NCBI GenBank assembly: GCA_043739185.1
Contig: JAYUEN010000438.1
Span: forward strand, 1-10,840
Direction: 5' to 3'
DNA: 10,840 bases
Source of the DNA: Bdellovibrionales bacterium
GTDB lineage: Bacteria; Bdellovibrionota; Bdellovibrionia; Bdellovibrionales; JAMPXM01
Under the pieces are notes generated by a model. That model saw only the letters and a program-made list of their open reading frames with translations, ran no database searches and was not told where the DNA came from. Below are positions 1-7,862 of the stretch, one piece after another. Position 1 is the first letter of the stretch, and every line of letters starts with the position of its first letter. Made by a program: the position numbers and the translations under genes.

Positions 1-477
1 GAGCGTTATGCTGAGCTTTCTGCAGAAATGAATCTTGTTTCAAACCCACATATTTATCCGGTTTCAGAGTGGCAAAAAAAGCAACTCAGAACATCTGAAG
101 AAATTCAGGCCGATATTGACAAGCTTCATGGGGTTCGTGATCGCTGGGAACTTTTACCAATTTCGGCGTGGACGACGGAGAGCGGTCAACAATTCGCTGC
201 TATCAATACGTTTTGGTTAAGCAAAGAGGACTCAGAGAAATTTGAACAGTGGCAGCAGGATATTGCTCTCGCGCTGTCTGTTGAAGATCAGAAATCCTTA
301 GACAGGCTTTTTTTAAATCCACCAATTGATTTAAGCGAAAATGAAATCTACAGGTTTGATTTGCCGGAGCGTATCGTCTTGAGGGACTATCGAGGGCAAG
401 CTTTGCCTGAAAAATTCTTAATGACTAGTCGACATGCAATTCAGGATTATTCTCATACGCTTAAAAAAAGTAAGTAA
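1..477 (+). CDS. Hypothetical protein, probably 5'-truncated by the window edge
   Basis: The ORF 28..477 frame stays open back to position 1 (ERYAELSAE-M...) and no clear SD precedes ATG28. Ends TAA at 475-477, convergent with lysR. No family motif recognised. Confidence 0.6.
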   Translation, partial: ERYAELSAEMNLVSNPHIYPVSEWQKKQLRTSEEIQADIDKLHGVRDRWELLPISAWTTESGQQFAAINTFWLSKEDSEKFEQWQQDIALALSVEDQKSLDRLFLNPPIDLSENEIYRFDLPERIVLRDYRGQALPEKFLMTSRHAIQDYSHTLKKSK

Positions 478-547
478 ATGAATGGCCTCAGTTTAAAAAG
501 TTGAGGGAGTGCTGAGCTGCACGCAAAGACTAAAAAGCTCTAAAGAT

Positions 548-1393
548 TTATAAAATGAAAGTTGCAAGTCTTACTAATTCGCGTCCAGCTCTATTAGAGA
601 GTACGTCTTTTCTGTAGGCGACAAAAATTTTGTCTTCAAAGATTGGTAGCTTTGAATCATAGGGAACGAGATCGGCTCCGTCAGCTTTAGCTACTCTTTC
701 TGGCAGAATGCCAATTCCTTGGCCCGCCAAAGTGAGAGTTCGAATTAGTTCTAGACTATTGGTATTGATGAGCTTCCAATCCTTGAATTCTTTTGCATGT
801 GTTTTGCCAAGAATATCTTGAATTTGAGCAAGATTGACGTCGGCGAATATTTTCTTGGGAATACTGCCTGCGCCTTTTGCGCGCCAAAACAAAACTCGGT
901 CGTCTCCCATTTTTCTTAAAACTAAATCGGGGTGCCTGACAGGATTGACAACAAAGCCGAGATCGATCTCAAAGGAGACAACCCGCTCAGTTATTTTTCT
1001 TGAAAAATCATGAATCAAATCAATTTCTATTCCGGGTGCATTTTTTTGTAAGCTTTCAAAAAAGCGAGGCAGGGTATATGCGCCCACACTTTGATGGCAT
1101 CCCACTTTGAAATTCGCCTGAAGGGTGTCGAGCGATTGATCTAGATCATGATGAAGCTCATTCCAAGAGTCGAGAAGACTATGCGATTTTTTATAAAATA
1201 AGCTTCCTTGCTCAGTAGGAACGACACCTTGCTTTGTACGATGAAAAAGCTTTACTCCAAGTTTGTCTTCTAAGCGCTGCAGACTTAGTGTGAGGGTGGG
1301 CTGGGTAACGCCAAGTCGGATTGCGGCCTTTGAAACATGGCGCATTTGATAGACTTCAATAAAGTATTCGATTTCATTAGGAGATGCTAACAT
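548..1393 (-). CDS. LysR-family transcriptional regulator
   Basis: 281 aa. N-terminal LysR HTH (VSKAAIRLGVTQPTLTLSLQRLEDKLGVKLFHRTKQGVVPTEQG) and C-terminal effector domain (...FEIDLGF...AGQGIGILP). Confidence 0.96.
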   Translation of the reverse strand: MLASPNEIEYFIEVYQMRHVSKAAIRLGVTQPTLTLSLQRLEDKLGVKLFHRTKQGVVPTEQGSLFYKKSHSLLDSWNELHHDLDQSLDTLQANFKVGCHQSVGAYTLPRFFESLQKNAPGIEIDLIHDFSRKITERVVSFEIDLGFVVNPVRHPDLVLRKMGDDRVLFWRAKGAGSIPKKIFADVNLAQIQDILGKTHAKEFKDWKLINTNSLELIRTLTLAGQGIGILPERVAKADGADLVPYDSKLPIFEDKIFVAYRKDVLSNRAGRELVRLATFIL

Positions 1394-1415
1394 GCCATTT
1401 AGTTTATCATAGAGT

Positions 1416-1435
1416 GATAAAAAATGCTTATGATA
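1416..1435. promoter_or_regulatory. Putative LysR autoregulatory binding site (ATAA-N7-TTAT, T-N11-A)
   Basis: ATAA(1417-1420)-aaaatgc-TTAT(1428-1431), 23-42 bp upstream of the lysR start. Its reverse complement TATCATAAGCATTTTTTATC matches 7349-7368 at 17/20. An extra half-site TTATCATA lies at 1404-1411. Confidence 0.75.
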
Positions 1436-1458
1436 TTATTTAATAATTGTACTAAAAA

Positions 1459-2631
1459 CTATATTAGACTTCTTTCATGAATATTCGCGGTTAAAACCTC
1501 TGACCGCTTTTGTAATGTCTGAAAAGTTTGCCATAGCAATGCAAAAAACATGAGCCCAGCGGCTAAATACGGCAGACTTTGAATTTCGTAACCACCTGCT
1601 AAGGCCATACCACCAAGTGCCGTACCGGCGACACTCCCAAGGCTGACAGCAGAACTATTGAGTGCGACGAGAGTGGCGTGCTGATTGGACCCAAGTTCAA
1701 GCAGATTGTATTGCTGAGGGGTTACCGTCGCCCAGCTCAGCGCGCCCCAAATAAAAAAGGGCAAGAGTCCAAAAGTCGGCAAAGCTTGAAGTGTTGGGAT
1801 TGCAATTAGCATCATTAAGTGAAGTACGAGAATGATTGTCATCAATAATTTCGGTTTGCCTATGCGATCTACCAAATAGCCAATAGCGATGCTTCCAATC
1901 AGTCCGCCGATACTCCAAAGAGAGAGAGCCGCATCGGAAGAAGTCACAGTTTTAGAAAGTATCGGTGCAATAAAAGCGTAAAGACCAAGACTGCTTGTGG
2001 CGGTCAAAAGAGTAATACCGATAATTCCGAATACGCGACGATTATTCAAAAAGCGAAATTGCTCCTTTAACGAAGGCGGAGTTTCAATTCGGAGAGATTG
2101 CATGCGAATAGCGGCACCCAAAAGAGCAATAGCCGACAAAGCTAAAATGAGAATGATCGGAGCACGCCAACTCATTCTGTCAGCCAGCCAGAGCCCGAAT
2201 GGAACTCCGACAACGGCACCAGCACAATTTGAACCCCAAATCAAACTAAGCGCCCGACCTCGAGCAAGAGGTGCAACTTCTTGAGTTGCTGAAGCAACTG
2301 CAATCGGAAGAAACAATCCGGCTCCAAGTCCTGCAATGCCTCGACTAACAAGGTAGATCATCCAATGAGTTGACAGAAGTGTGAGCAAATTGCCAGCGAT
2401 GAAAACCAGTAGAGCCCAAATCAAAACTTGGCGCGTCGGTTTTCTTGCGAGTAAGAAAATGCAAATGGGAACCGACATTACGAATGTGATGCCATAGACT
2501 GAACAAGCTTGGGCAGCTACTGCAATGCTGATGTGTAGTGAAGCGCTGATGCTCGGTAAGAGTCCAGCGAAAACATAGTCATCGCAACCGAGTGCAAACA
2601 TTCCGGCGGCTAAGTAGAAAAGCCTTTTCAT
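1459..2631 (-). CDS. MFS efflux transporter (DHA1/PbuE-NepI-like), probable product export or self-resistance
   Basis: 390 aa with about 12 hydrophobic segments. Family-like motifs: FALGCDDYVFAGLLPSIS, RGIAGLGAG, RGRALS, GAVVGVPFG...SWR, GYLVDRIG. Start overlaps the ATP-grasp stop (ATGA, 2628-2631). Confidence 0.93.
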   Translation of the reverse strand: MKRLFYLAAGMFALGCDDYVFAGLLPSISASLHISIAVAAQACSVYGITFVMSVPICIFLLARKPTRQVLIWALLVFIAGNLLTLLSTHWMIYLVSRGIAGLGAGLFLPIAVASATQEVAPLARGRALSLIWGSNCAGAVVGVPFGLWLADRMSWRAPIILILALSAIALLGAAIRMQSLRIETPPSLKEQFRFLNNRRVFGIIGITLLTATSSLGLYAFIAPILSKTVTSSDAALSLWSIGGLIGSIAIGYLVDRIGKPKLLMTIILVLHLMMLIAIPTLQALPTFGLLPFFIWGALSWATVTPQQYNLLELGSNQHATLVALNSSAVSLGSVAGTALGGMALAGGYEIQSLPYLAAGLMFFALLWQTFQTLQKRSEVLTANIHERSLI

Positions 2632-3854
2632 CGAAACTCCAACTTTGACTCCATTGAGCGAATTTTTTTATAATCTAAAAAAATCGAGTCGCGGTCGCCA
2701 GCCAGTCCAATGATTCCGATGCTTGTGAGATAGTCCACGGTTTGGGGTACGAGATCGCCATTTTTAATCCAAATGTGTTTACTGAGAAGTGTTGGCAACT
2801 GTGAAATGCCGTCCAGAACTTCAACATTCAAAGCCGTCCCTTGATTCAAGGCTTTTAAAAAAACTGGTACAACTGTTTTTCTTAATATATATTCTTTGGT
2901 GATGACATCACCATCCGCATAGAGCTCAACTAGTTTGTCGACCTGACTGCTGCCGGTGGCTTCACGAGCAAATCCAACAACTGGTCCGCCAATCATTCTC
3001 GAGCTAGTCTCGATAAATCGTGGACCTTTTGCTGTCAGCATAATTTCAGTATGAGCAGCGCCGAAGCGAATCCCCAAGGCATTCAATGTTTTTTGAGTAT
3101 ATTCAAACAAATCACCGAGAGTTTCTTTGTTAAAAGAAACAAATTCGACATGATCAAAAACCGTTCTGCGTTCACCAGAGTTGGTTTTATTGTATTTGAT
3201 TAAGTGAGTGAGATAGTGTTTGCCATGGGCACTTACGGTGCCGACTGCAAACTCAACACCCACGGCTAGCTCTTGGATCACGACGCTTTCACTTCTTTTG
3301 CCTGATATGACCGAGGGTTCAGTCAAAATCTGATTGAAGGCTTTTCTCCAATTGCCTTTGGCCGGAATGTGAAAAACATTTTCGCTACCTGAAGAACGAG
3401 GTGGCTTGATGATCAGCGGAGAGTCCTGCAAATCGTTTTCTTTGAGCCAGGCTTCGGCTTCACTCTCTAAAGATGAGTGCATTGTTTTGAGTGCTGGAAC
3501 TTGAGCTTCTTCAAGAGTTTTTTGCATAAGAGCTTTATGTGATCGATGCAGTGATGTTTTTGGATCATTGGCAAACTCTGGAGTCAGAACGGCAGTGAGA
3601 TGTTCAGCTAAAGAGATGCCTTCTTCAGTCCCTGGAATGATTGCAATCGGATTGTATTTTTTTATCAGCTTTAATAGATCGGGCTGCTCAGGAATAATTT
3701 CGATGAAGTCTGAAGCTTGAATTTTTGATCCAAACTCAGGCCACTCTTTATTGATTAAAGTAATTGCGATAGCAGGAATATCTCGAGCCCTAAAAGCCGG
3801 AGCCAGTTCTATGCCTGATGAGAGTGGGTCAACAATGACAACGGGTCTATTCAC
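2628..3854 (-). CDS. ATP-grasp ligase (L-amino-acid ligase/BacD/DdaF-like amide-bond-forming enzyme)
   Basis: 408 aa, GTG start. ATP-grasp motifs: K-x2-M (HKALMQ), IIKPPRSSGSENV, VIQE, E-F-x-V, HTEI, FIETSSRMIGG. Overlaps the upstream monooxygenase by 8 nt. Confidence 0.88.
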   Translation of the reverse strand: MNRPVVIVDPLSSGIELAPAFRARDIPAIAITLINKEWPEFGSKIQASDFIEIIPEQPDLLKLIKKYNPIAIIPGTEEGISLAEHLTAVLTPEFANDPKTSLHRSHKALMQKTLEEAQVPALKTMHSSLESEAEAWLKENDLQDSPLIIKPPRSSGSENVFHIPAKGNWRKAFNQILTEPSVISGKRSESVVIQELAVGVEFAVGTVSAHGKHYLTHLIKYNKTNSGERRTVFDHVEFVSFNKETLGDLFEYTQKTLNALGIRFGAAHTEIMLTAKGPRFIETSSRMIGGPVVGFAREATGSSQVDKLVELYADGDVITKEYILRKTVVPVFLKALNQGTALNVEVLDGISQLPTLLSKHIWIKNGDLVPQTVDYLTSIGIIGLAGDRDSIFLDYKKIRSMESKLEFR

Positions 3855-5355
3855 TTCTTGTGCTCCATAGTTGAGGCATCAGCTTATTTAAAGAAGAGGG
3901 GGCGTCCACATCGTCTAGAGAAATGAAAGCTTCGATATAAGAATCGGGCCTTACTAAAATGCCTAGGTCTTTATAAGGAGAATTTTCTGACCAGTTGGCC
4001 TCGTCGCACTTTTTTGGATGAATCTGAATGAGCTTTACATATTCTGGTAAGTTGAGGCCTCCAAGCCAGTCACTTTTCAGGTCACCAAATATAAGTAAGC
4101 TATATTTAGTATAATCCAGCATTGAGTAAAGCCGCGTTTTGGTACTACCCAGACGAGTTTCTTGATTGACTTCTACGTCAAACAATCTCGAGCCGGGCAG
4201 GCCTTCATCGCGGTAGCGAATTCCCATCCCGGTTATATTTCCTGATCGTTTTTGAACTATCTTCAGGTAGTCCAGAGCGTGGGTTCCAGTTTGTGAAAAT
4301 TTTGTCGAGCGCACAAGTTCTCCTGAAGTTTCAATGACACTTTGTGCAACTGGCTTACGCTCGCTTTCATAGCTTTTTAAAAGTTCGGCAGAAGCGCCAA
4401 ATTTCAAAACCATGTTCAGCTTCCACATCAGATTGAAAGCATCTGCTAAACCTGTGTTTAGGCCTTGTCCGCCATTGACTGAATGAATATGACAAGCGTC
4501 TCCGGCAAGAAAAATGCGATCTTGAGCGAAAAACTTTTCAGCCACCGACTCTTTAACTGAAAATCGAGAATACCAGATCACTTCTTTAAAGCTTAATGAG
4601 TGAGGTTGCATAGCACGATTTATTTTGGCAAGGGCTTCTTCAAAGCTGAAATCTTTGGCGTCCATTCTAACGTAAAATCGATCGATATTTCCTTCTCGGG
4701 GTATCCAAGCGACGTCTGAAGTTTCTGCTTGAAAAACGATGATTTCAGGAACTTTTTGAAAATCCGTTTCGATCACTCCGTCGATCACTGCCCATACGAT
4801 TTGAGGACGCTTGATTTCAAAAGCTATTTTAAAATGATCGCGAACAAAAGATTGGGATCCATCAGCGCCAATAACATAACTTGATTGAACCTTTTCTCCA
4901 CTTGAGAGCCTTGTGAAACATTTATTTTCAATGACTTCAATATCTTTTACTGTTGTGGATCGCTTAACCTCAGATCCGATTTTCTTAAGCCTTAAGTCTA
5001 AAAGATTTTCGAGGTAGGATTGTCCAATCATTAAGAAATGTTTGTGAAAGCATCCCTCAAGCTCTTCCCACCAAGAAGATTGACGTGAAAGAAATTTTCC
5101 GTCGGCCCAAATTGAACTTGTATTACAGGCTTTACCCAAAGGATAAAGCTCTTCGAATGAATCGACCAATTCTAAGAGTTGCAGGGTTCGTGCATTGAGA
5201 GCATCAGCTCTGCCGACTTCTAGTGGCCCAGTGGATTTATCTAGAACAAGAGTAGTCAAACCACAGAGTTTGCCAAGATAGGCGCACATGAGTCCGACCG
5301 GACCAGCGCCAACAATAACAATATCGACGATTTCAGTACTCAATTGATTTCTCAT
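3847..5355 (-). CDS. FAD-dependent aromatic monooxygenase (class A, PheA/TfdB phenol-hydroxylase-like)
   Basis: 502 aa. GxGxxG (VGAGPVGL), DG motif (IGADGSQS), GD motif (FLAGDACHIHSVNGGQGLNTG), YESER, and C-terminal LVRPD. ATGA overlap with pvcB at 5352-5355. Confidence 0.93.
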   Translation of the reverse strand: MRNQLSTEIVDIVIVGAGPVGLMCAYLGKLCGLTTLVLDKSTGPLEVGRADALNARTLQLLELVDSFEELYPLGKACNTSSIWADGKFLSRQSSWWEELEGCFHKHFLMIGQSYLENLLDLRLKKIGSEVKRSTTVKDIEVIENKCFTRLSSGEKVQSSYVIGADGSQSFVRDHFKIAFEIKRPQIVWAVIDGVIETDFQKVPEIIVFQAETSDVAWIPREGNIDRFYVRMDAKDFSFEEALAKINRAMQPHSLSFKEVIWYSRFSVKESVAEKFFAQDRIFLAGDACHIHSVNGGQGLNTGLADAFNLMWKLNMVLKFGASAELLKSYESERKPVAQSVIETSGELVRSTKFSQTGTHALDYLKIVQKRSGNITGMGIRYRDEGLPGSRLFDVEVNQETRLGSTKTRLYSMLDYTKYSLLIFGDLKSDWLGGLNLPEYVKLIQIHPKKCDEANWSENSPYKDLGILVRPDSYIEAFISLDDVDAPSSLNKLMPQLWSTRSE

Positions 5356-6200
5356 TTGTGCGACACGAGACGTGGATTGTCTAGAGGTGGATTGCTGAGT
5401 ACATGCACTCGGCGAAGGTGCCTCGGTGCTTTAGTTTCAAAAGCTTCGCGTCCATGTAATAGTGAAAAATTGTCTGCAACTACAATATCTCCTTCTTGCC
5501 ATTCGTGCGCATAGAAATTATTTGGTGAATACAGCGCTTCTCTGAGAGTTCGATGAGATTCATTGAGCTCTTCGTCGTTTAAACCAGTAAATTCAAGAAT
5601 GGGGGGATTGACGAAATGTCCAAATCCCTCTTTGGGAGGTTCATTGTATCGAATCACTGAAAAGTCCCGGTGTGGATGGGAATCAATAATGGGAGAAAGT
5701 GTTTTGCTATCATAATACTCCATTTTTCGTTGATAGCTGCCGGTCATTTTATTCCAGAGTGTTTTTGAATTCTCAGGAGCTGTTTCGAGTGCGAGGACAG
5801 TATTTGAAAAAGTGGTTCGACCGCCCTGGCCTGAAAGAGGTGCTTTCACACAATTAAAAATTTGAAACTCGGGAACTTGTTGGCGATACATTCCATCCCA
5901 ATGTAGGGGAACATAATTATTGTCAAAAATATGATCTTCTGGATTGTTGTGCTCTACTAATTCGAGGACTTTACCAAATGGCCATAAGCTAATTTCGCCC
6001 CACCTTTCACAGTAGTTAGCGAATTCCTCAGCTCCGTTAAGTGCGCGAAATCCTCTTAAAACAATGAGATGTTCGCTCCAAACCTTTTCACGTAGGGCTT
6101 CAATGTCGAGATTGTTGACGTCATCATTTGGGCGATTGGCTTCTAAAAGTAATCCAAATGGTTTGATTGCTTTAATATTAGCTTCAGCTTTAGGCTTCAC
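5352..6200 (-). CDS. pvcB: PvcB/IsnB-type Fe(II)/2-oxoglutarate oxygenase (TauD/TfdA family)
   Basis: 282 aa, GTG start preceded by GGAGG. Facial triad H100-x-D102 (PLHWDGMY) plus distal His (LLHGR), GGRTTF and HEWQEGDIVVADN. Lies immediately downstream of pvcA with an 11-nt overlap. Confidence 0.92.
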   Translation of the reverse strand: MKPKAEANIKAIKPFGLLLEANRPNDDVNNLDIEALREKVWSEHLIVLRGFRALNGAEEFANYCERWGEISLWPFGKVLELVEHNNPEDHIFDNNYVPLHWDGMYRQQVPEFQIFNCVKAPLSGQGGRTTFSNTVLALETAPENSKTLWNKMTGSYQRKMEYYDSKTLSPIIDSHPHRDFSVIRYNEPPKEGFGHFVNPPILEFTGLNDEELNESHRTLREALYSPNNFYAHEWQEGDIVVADNFSLLHGREAFETKAPRHLRRVHVLSNPPLDNPRLVSHK

Positions 6201-7275
6201 AATCGCCTCCTTGGAGTTTCAAAAGGCCTTTATTGTCTTTTAAAATGAAATGACTTGGGCGTCCGAAACGAGTGACAAGGTGGCCACCAAGTATTTCAGC
6301 TTGCGAACGCTTCAAAAGTATAAAGCGCCCGTCAACTTGGACAGCGACTCCATGCCAAGGAGTCTGCCAATTATCAGGCTCAATAAGGCGAATGCCCAAT
6401 TTTTTAGAACCACAACTTTGCGGATGAATTGAAAGTCGAACAGCATCAGGAAATTGCTTTTCAACTAGTTCGCCCCAAGCCTTACTTCTTTGAATGACTG
6501 CATAGGAGCGAAGCCGACATTCTTTCTGCAAGGCCGTACGGCTTTGTTTTTGCCCTGGATAAAGAGCGTCCTCGACAAGAAAGCGCGTAATGCCGCAGTA
6601 AAGTCTATGAGTTTCTTTATCTTCCACTGAGCAAGCCTCAGCTTTTCCTCTATGGACCGAGGCTTTAAGAACATCTATGCTTTCACCAAATTGCTGCATC
6701 AGCTGAGTTCGCATTTCATCAAAGCTGAGTCCTTCAAATAATTCTTCAAGATTGAAAGTGGAGATTGATGCTAAACCCAGTCCCAAGATCATTTTAGAGA
6801 GCTCTTCTTGATAATTGGTGACGTCTATATCACGCATGCCGACGACGTCACTAAAAACTCTACCATCCGAGCACAAGATTATTTTCGCACCAGGTGAATA
6901 GTAGCGCCTCACTCGATCGCAAAGTTGTTGCAGAAATTCAAGGGCACATCTTTCGGCCATATCAGGTAATGGGCCAAGCACTTTGGCGGTATTCGGAGAC
7001 TTACCAGGAAATGCAGGTAAAACAAATAGGACCGGTAAGTTTTGAGTAACCGCAGAGATGATCCTTGAAAGATGCGGCTCTAGGCACTTCTGGCAAGAGG
7101 CCGCCATGCAGGCTGATTCTGAATCGGCTAAGCGTCGAAACTGCATGACGTCTACTAAGATGTTTTTGGCAATAGTCTCAGGCCGTGTCGTCATCAGAGA
7201 GAATTTGGTCTCTAGACGCTGCCTATTGTCGCTGTAGTCTGTCTCATGGTTTAATGAAGCTTCTGTAAATGTCAT
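6190..7275 (-). CDS. pvcA: Isonitrile (isocyanide) synthase, DIT1/PvcA/IsnA family
   Basis: 361 aa. Diagnostic motifs LPAFPGKSPN..KVLG.LPD.AE, CSDGRVFSD, RLSIHPQ...KLGI, TPWHG. SD-like AAGGGG 9 nt upstream of the ATG. Confidence 0.95.
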   Translation of the reverse strand: MTFTEASLNHETDYSDNRQRLETKFSLMTTRPETIAKNILVDVMQFRRLADSESACMAASCQKCLEPHLSRIISAVTQNLPVLFVLPAFPGKSPNTAKVLGPLPDMAERCALEFLQQLCDRVRRYYSPGAKIILCSDGRVFSDVVGMRDIDVTNYQEELSKMILGLGLASISTFNLEELFEGLSFDEMRTQLMQQFGESIDVLKASVHRGKAEACSVEDKETHRLYCGITRFLVEDALYPGQKQSRTALQKECRLRSYAVIQRSKAWGELVEKQFPDAVRLSIHPQSCGSKKLGIRLIEPDNWQTPWHGVAVQVDGRFILLKRSQAEILGGHLVTRFGRPSHFILKDNKGLLKLQGGDCEA

Positions 7276-7300
7276 TTTAGTTTACCCCTTACGTGGCCTC

Positions 7301-7329
7301 AATATAGAAGCAAACCCATTATTAAATAA
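7301..7329 (-). promoter_or_regulatory. Putative sigma70 promoter of the pvcA operon (good -10, poor -35)
   Basis: Minus-strand TATATT (7306-7301) resembles TATAAT. The hexamer 17 bp upstream is TTATTT (7329-7324), a weak -35 typical of activator-dependent promoters. Not experimentally mapped. Confidence 0.45.
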
Positions 7330-7348
7330 AATAAATAACGAATGCTAT

Positions 7349-7371
7349 TATCATAAGTGTTTTTTATGATA
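7349..7371. promoter_or_regulatory. Putative LysR regulatory binding site (perfect inverted repeat with T-N11-A core)
   Basis: TATCATAA-gtgtttt-TTATGATA: 8-bp perfect inverted arms, 7-bp spacer, T7354-N11-A7366. Lies in the divergent pvcA/dioxygenase intergenic region. Confidence 0.8.
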
Positions 7372-7502
7372 TTAAATTCGTAGCATAAAATGCTCCGATT
7401 GTATTGGGGCTGTGATCGCCTAACTAATCATTAATTATGACTATGATGAATGGTCTGGTATTTTATTTTATCGATAAGCTTTTTTAGATTAGGCTTTTAG
7501 GA

Positions 7503-7862
7503 ATGAAATACTTTCATGTCCATATTTACTTTGATGCAAAAGATCTCGAGCTTGCCTACTCTTTGGGAGAGCAAGCCCATTTGACTAATTTCTTTAACAA
7601 TATCAAAATTTTTGAAAAGCCAATAGGGCCGCATCCAAAAGGGATGATTGAAATGCACTTTATCGAATCATCATTTGCTACAATATTAAATTGGGTAAAG
7701 CTTCACCGCAAAGAATTTTCTGTCTTGATTCATGAAGATACTGGAGACGATATAAAAGATCACACAGACGGGATTCTGTGGTTAGGAAAGCAGTTGCCAA
7801 TTGATTTTTCTTTTTTCGAATTGATTCAATTGCACCCTGAGCTTCGAATTCATCCAATATAG
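7503..7862 (+). CDS. DOPA 4,5-dioxygenase family protein (small Amanita DODA-like extradiol ring-cleavage dioxygenase)
   Basis: 119 aa. Family pattern HxHxYF (YFHVHIYF), IGPHP, SVLIH.DTG....DH....LWLG..LP. Confidence 0.88.
   Translation: MKYFHVHIYFDAKDLELAYSLGEQAHLTNFFNNIKIFEKPIGPHPKGMIEMHFIESSFATILNWVKLHRKEFSVLIHEDTGDDIKDHTDGILWLGKQLPIDFSFFELIQLHPELRIHPI

Noticed and set aside
35..220. 61-aa + strand ORF
   Set aside because: Nested out of frame inside the longer 1..477 ORF, with no recognisable motif.
1464..1500. SD-like GAGGT and a mini-ORF MKEV* at the MFS 3' end as a scar of a lost downstream gene
   Set aside because: The SD-to-ATG spacing of 17 nt is too long, and the signal is too short to tell from chance.
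1697..2284. ORFs 1697..1918 (-) and 1997..2284 (+)
   Set aside because: Alternative-frame or antisense shadows of the MFS gene.
6250..6674. ORFs 6250..6432 (+) and 6465..6674 (-)
   Set aside because: Entirely inside pvcA, which has intact family motifs.
6190..7275. 'Pyoverdine chromophore biosynthesis' annotation for pvcA/pvcB
   Set aside because: A historical misnomer: the family makes isonitriles (paerucumarin). No siderophore NRPS or TonB-dependent receptor is in the window.
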